From Candidatus Sysuiplasma jiujiangense (lineage in GTDB: Archaea; Thermoplasmatota; Thermoplasmata; Sysuiplasmatales; Sysuiplasmataceae): a stretch of DNA of 29,986 nt. Numbering within the stretch: position 1 is the stretch's first letter; each line of letters opens with the position of its first letter. Under the pieces are notes generated by a model. The model was not told where the DNA came from. It worked only from the letters and a program-made list of their open reading frames with translations, and made no database searches. The translations under genes were made by a program, and so were the position numbers. Location: the NCBI GenBank assembly GCA_019721075.1, contig JAHEAD010000011.1, positions 62,001 through 91,986 of the forward strand, in the 5' to 3' direction. Of the stretch, positions 28,059 through 29,986 are shown in pieces.

Positions 28059-29753
28059 TCAATCAAATGCCTGTTTAAGCGACGGGGTAGACACTTCGGC
28101 CTTCAGAAGCGAAGTGCCTGTCATCAGGTTGTCCGACGAGCTGAAGGCCAATGCCGGGGTCAAAACGCTTGGAGCCTGGCGACCTGTCATAGGAGTTACG
28201 CTGTGCACAACGCTGCTGCCTGCAGTCGTCTGATGGACTGTCGAAGCTGTTGCATTTACCCACGGTGGCAGGTAACCGCCAAGCGGGTTAGACAACGTTC
28301 CCCAGAAACCAAGACCCATCTGGTTGGCCGACAGCCACTGCGATTTCTCACTCGCCATTTGTGAAGCGAATGTTGTGTTCCATGTGGACAGGTATGACGC
28401 ACCGCCCTGAGTCAGTCCAGTGAAAGCTGTGTCTATCGAACTGAATACGCTCGGGAACAGTCCGCCTGGGAAACTCATTACGAAGTCATTGCTTGGAGTG
28501 GATAACAGTGCCTGATAGTCGTACCATTGAGCTGGATCGTTGTAGTAATCATTTGTTACATTGTTGTAAAATGTAACAGCCTTCCACTTTGTGAATATCT
28601 GCTGACCTGCATATGAACTGAAGTACTTGGCGAACAAAAGTCCTGATTTAGCAGATGGGCCAGTGGGCACCGCAACTGAGTCAATTACAAGATTGTAGTA
28701 ATTTGCCGTTCCCGGGAATGGCATTTCCATCAGTGATACATTTGTCCAGTTTGTGTACGGTGCTATTGCGGGGTATGTTGTTGTGTTAAGATAATCGTAG
28801 GCGTAATTAACATAGAAATTGCCGTTTACCTGAAATGCAGCCTGACCACTGACAACATGGCTTATCGCTTCAGACCAAGTCAGCGTCGAAGCACCTAAGT
28901 AATTGTCTGATGTGAACTGCAGCAGGATCTGGTTAGTTTCGTAAATATAATTCTGTACTGTGGGGCTTGACAGATTAATTGTTCCGTAGGGTATCTGATC
29001 GTACAGCTTTGGTCCGGCTATTGAGAGGAAAATACTCTCCCAGAGATTCAGCTGATCCCACCCATTATCGTTCCCAGGGACCATCCAGGGGGTCAAGCCG
29101 TCTGCCTTGAGGGTAGCTGTTTCATTGAGTAACTGTGTGAGGTTCGTCGGTATAGATAAGTTGTGGGCTCGCAGAACCTGAGGGTTGAAATAGAGCAAGC
29201 TTGCCCTGTGCGTATCAACAGGCAGCGAAAGCATTGTGCCATTGTACATACCTGCTGCGATGACAGACGGCACGGCATTGGTCATTAGCCCCATCGACTG
29301 AGCAACCGGCGTCATGTTTACGAACGAGTTTAATCCATGTGGCGCTGCTTCAACATAGCTTATCATATCTGAACCGAAGTTCGCCTGAAAGGTGTTTGGA
29401 GCATGCCCCGACTGTATCAGGTCCAATATTGCAAGTCGAGCCGCTATGCCTCCGGCTCCCGGCTTGAGGGTTGAAACTTCCTGGTAATGTGGATACTTCG
29501 AATGGAATCCAGCAACAGTCTTAGTCAGCGCGATCTTTCCATCTGTTGCCCACCAGTTGTAGAAGTATATATCTGTTATTTTGTTCTGGTTGTTGTTATA
29601 AACAGTGTAGGCGACCACCGAGCCTATCAAAGCCACAACGACGACCACGGCGACGACTGCCCACATCAATCTTCCTTTCTTTTTCTTTGCAAAAGATCCG
29701 CTTCCAGTAGCTGCCAAAAAAATCACCAGTGCCTGATTAATAGCCGCACTCAT
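28059..29753 (-). CDS. Sugar ABC transporter substrate-binding protein (GlcS-like)
   Basis: N-terminal basic cluster plus TM helix, FYNWWATDGK.AL, P.TFQ and LPVDTHR motifs, and a Ser/Thr-rich tail. Confidence 0.92.
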   Translation of the reverse strand: MSAAINQALVIFLAATGSGSFAKKKKGRLMWAVVAVVVVVALIGSVVAYTVYNNNQNKITDIYFYNWWATDGKIALTKTVAGFHSKYPHYQEVSTLKPGAGGIAARLAILDLIQSGHAPNTFQANFGSDMISYVEAAPHGLNSFVNMTPVAQSMGLMTNAVPSVIAAGMYNGTMLSLPVDTHRASLLYFNPQVLRAHNLSIPTNLTQLLNETATLKADGLTPWMVPGNDNGWDQLNLWESIFLSIAGPKLYDQIPYGTINLSSPTVQNYIYETNQILLQFTSDNYLGASTLTWSEAISHVVSGQAAFQVNGNFYVNYAYDYLNTTTYPAIAPYTNWTNVSLMEMPFPGTANYYNLVIDSVAVPTGPSAKSGLLFAKYFSSYAGQQIFTKWKAVTFYNNVTNDYYNDPAQWYDYQALLSTPSNDFVMSFPGGLFPSVFSSIDTAFTGLTQGGASYLSTWNTTFASQMASEKSQWLSANQMGLGFWGTLSNPLGGYLPPWVNATASTVHQTTAGSSVVHSVTPMTGRQAPSVLTPALAFSSSDNLMTGTSLLKAEVSTPSLKQAFD

Positions 29754-29788
29754 ACAAATTCGAGTATATATAGCATTCCTCGAAAGTC

Positions 29789-29986
29789 GCTTTGGGACAA
29801 AATTACTGTTCGGTCCCTTTCAGCATTTCCGGATGTGTGTACGTGAGGTAGCAGCACTGCCTCACATTGTGCACATCCGCCTTCAGAAACTCTTCCGTCT
29901 TCTTTCTCTCCGGCAGCTTCTTCCTTATCTTTGCCGGGAGTCTCCTCTTCAGCATGGACATTACAGTTTCCGCATTGGATCGCATG
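29789..29986 (-). mobile_element. 3' end of an IS5/IS4-superfamily DDE transposase (CDS 29803 to >29985) with a terminal-repeat-like end
   Basis: RSNAETVMSMLKRR...IR...E...KA..HN contains the R..ET....K signature carrying the catalytic Glu. The stop is followed directly by TTTTGTCCCAAAGC (29802-29789). Confidence 0.82.

Overview
Archaeal genomic DNA, most likely Thermoplasmatota. That assignment is inferred from TATA-box promoters, rpl41e, an intron-containing tRNA-Trp, and archaeal-type RmlA, Gmd, GH1 and GlcSTUV proteins. The left part (1-19 kb) is a cell-surface glycan and housekeeping region. It holds a partial NDP-sugar epimerase, a GT2, rpl41e, tRNA-Trp(CCA) with a 102-nt box C/D intron, a decayed FkbM gene abutting a truncated S9 peptidase, a flippase, pcp, a FAD oxidase with two SRPBCC genes, tag, gmd, rmlB/C/D/A, an MFS transporter and a secreted S53 peptidase. 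The right part (about 19.1-30 kb) is an IS-scarred sugar-utilisation island with a GH63-like protein, a GH1 and a GlcSTUV-like ABC importer, plus IS630-like, IS110 and IS5-like transposase sequences. Three observations stand out. (1) The tRNA-Trp intron guide RNA has one guide against its own C34 and a second guide matching the conserved archaeal 16S rRNA motif at A915 rather than tRNA position 39. (2) About 450 nt of hairpin-dense DNA with an 87-88 nt block-spacer periodicity lies upstream of the IS110 pseudogene and may be an extended or arrayed bridge-RNA locus. (3) The GH63-like ORF is intact but its catalytic acid is replaced by Gly. All calls were made by eye; no searches or folding programs were run.
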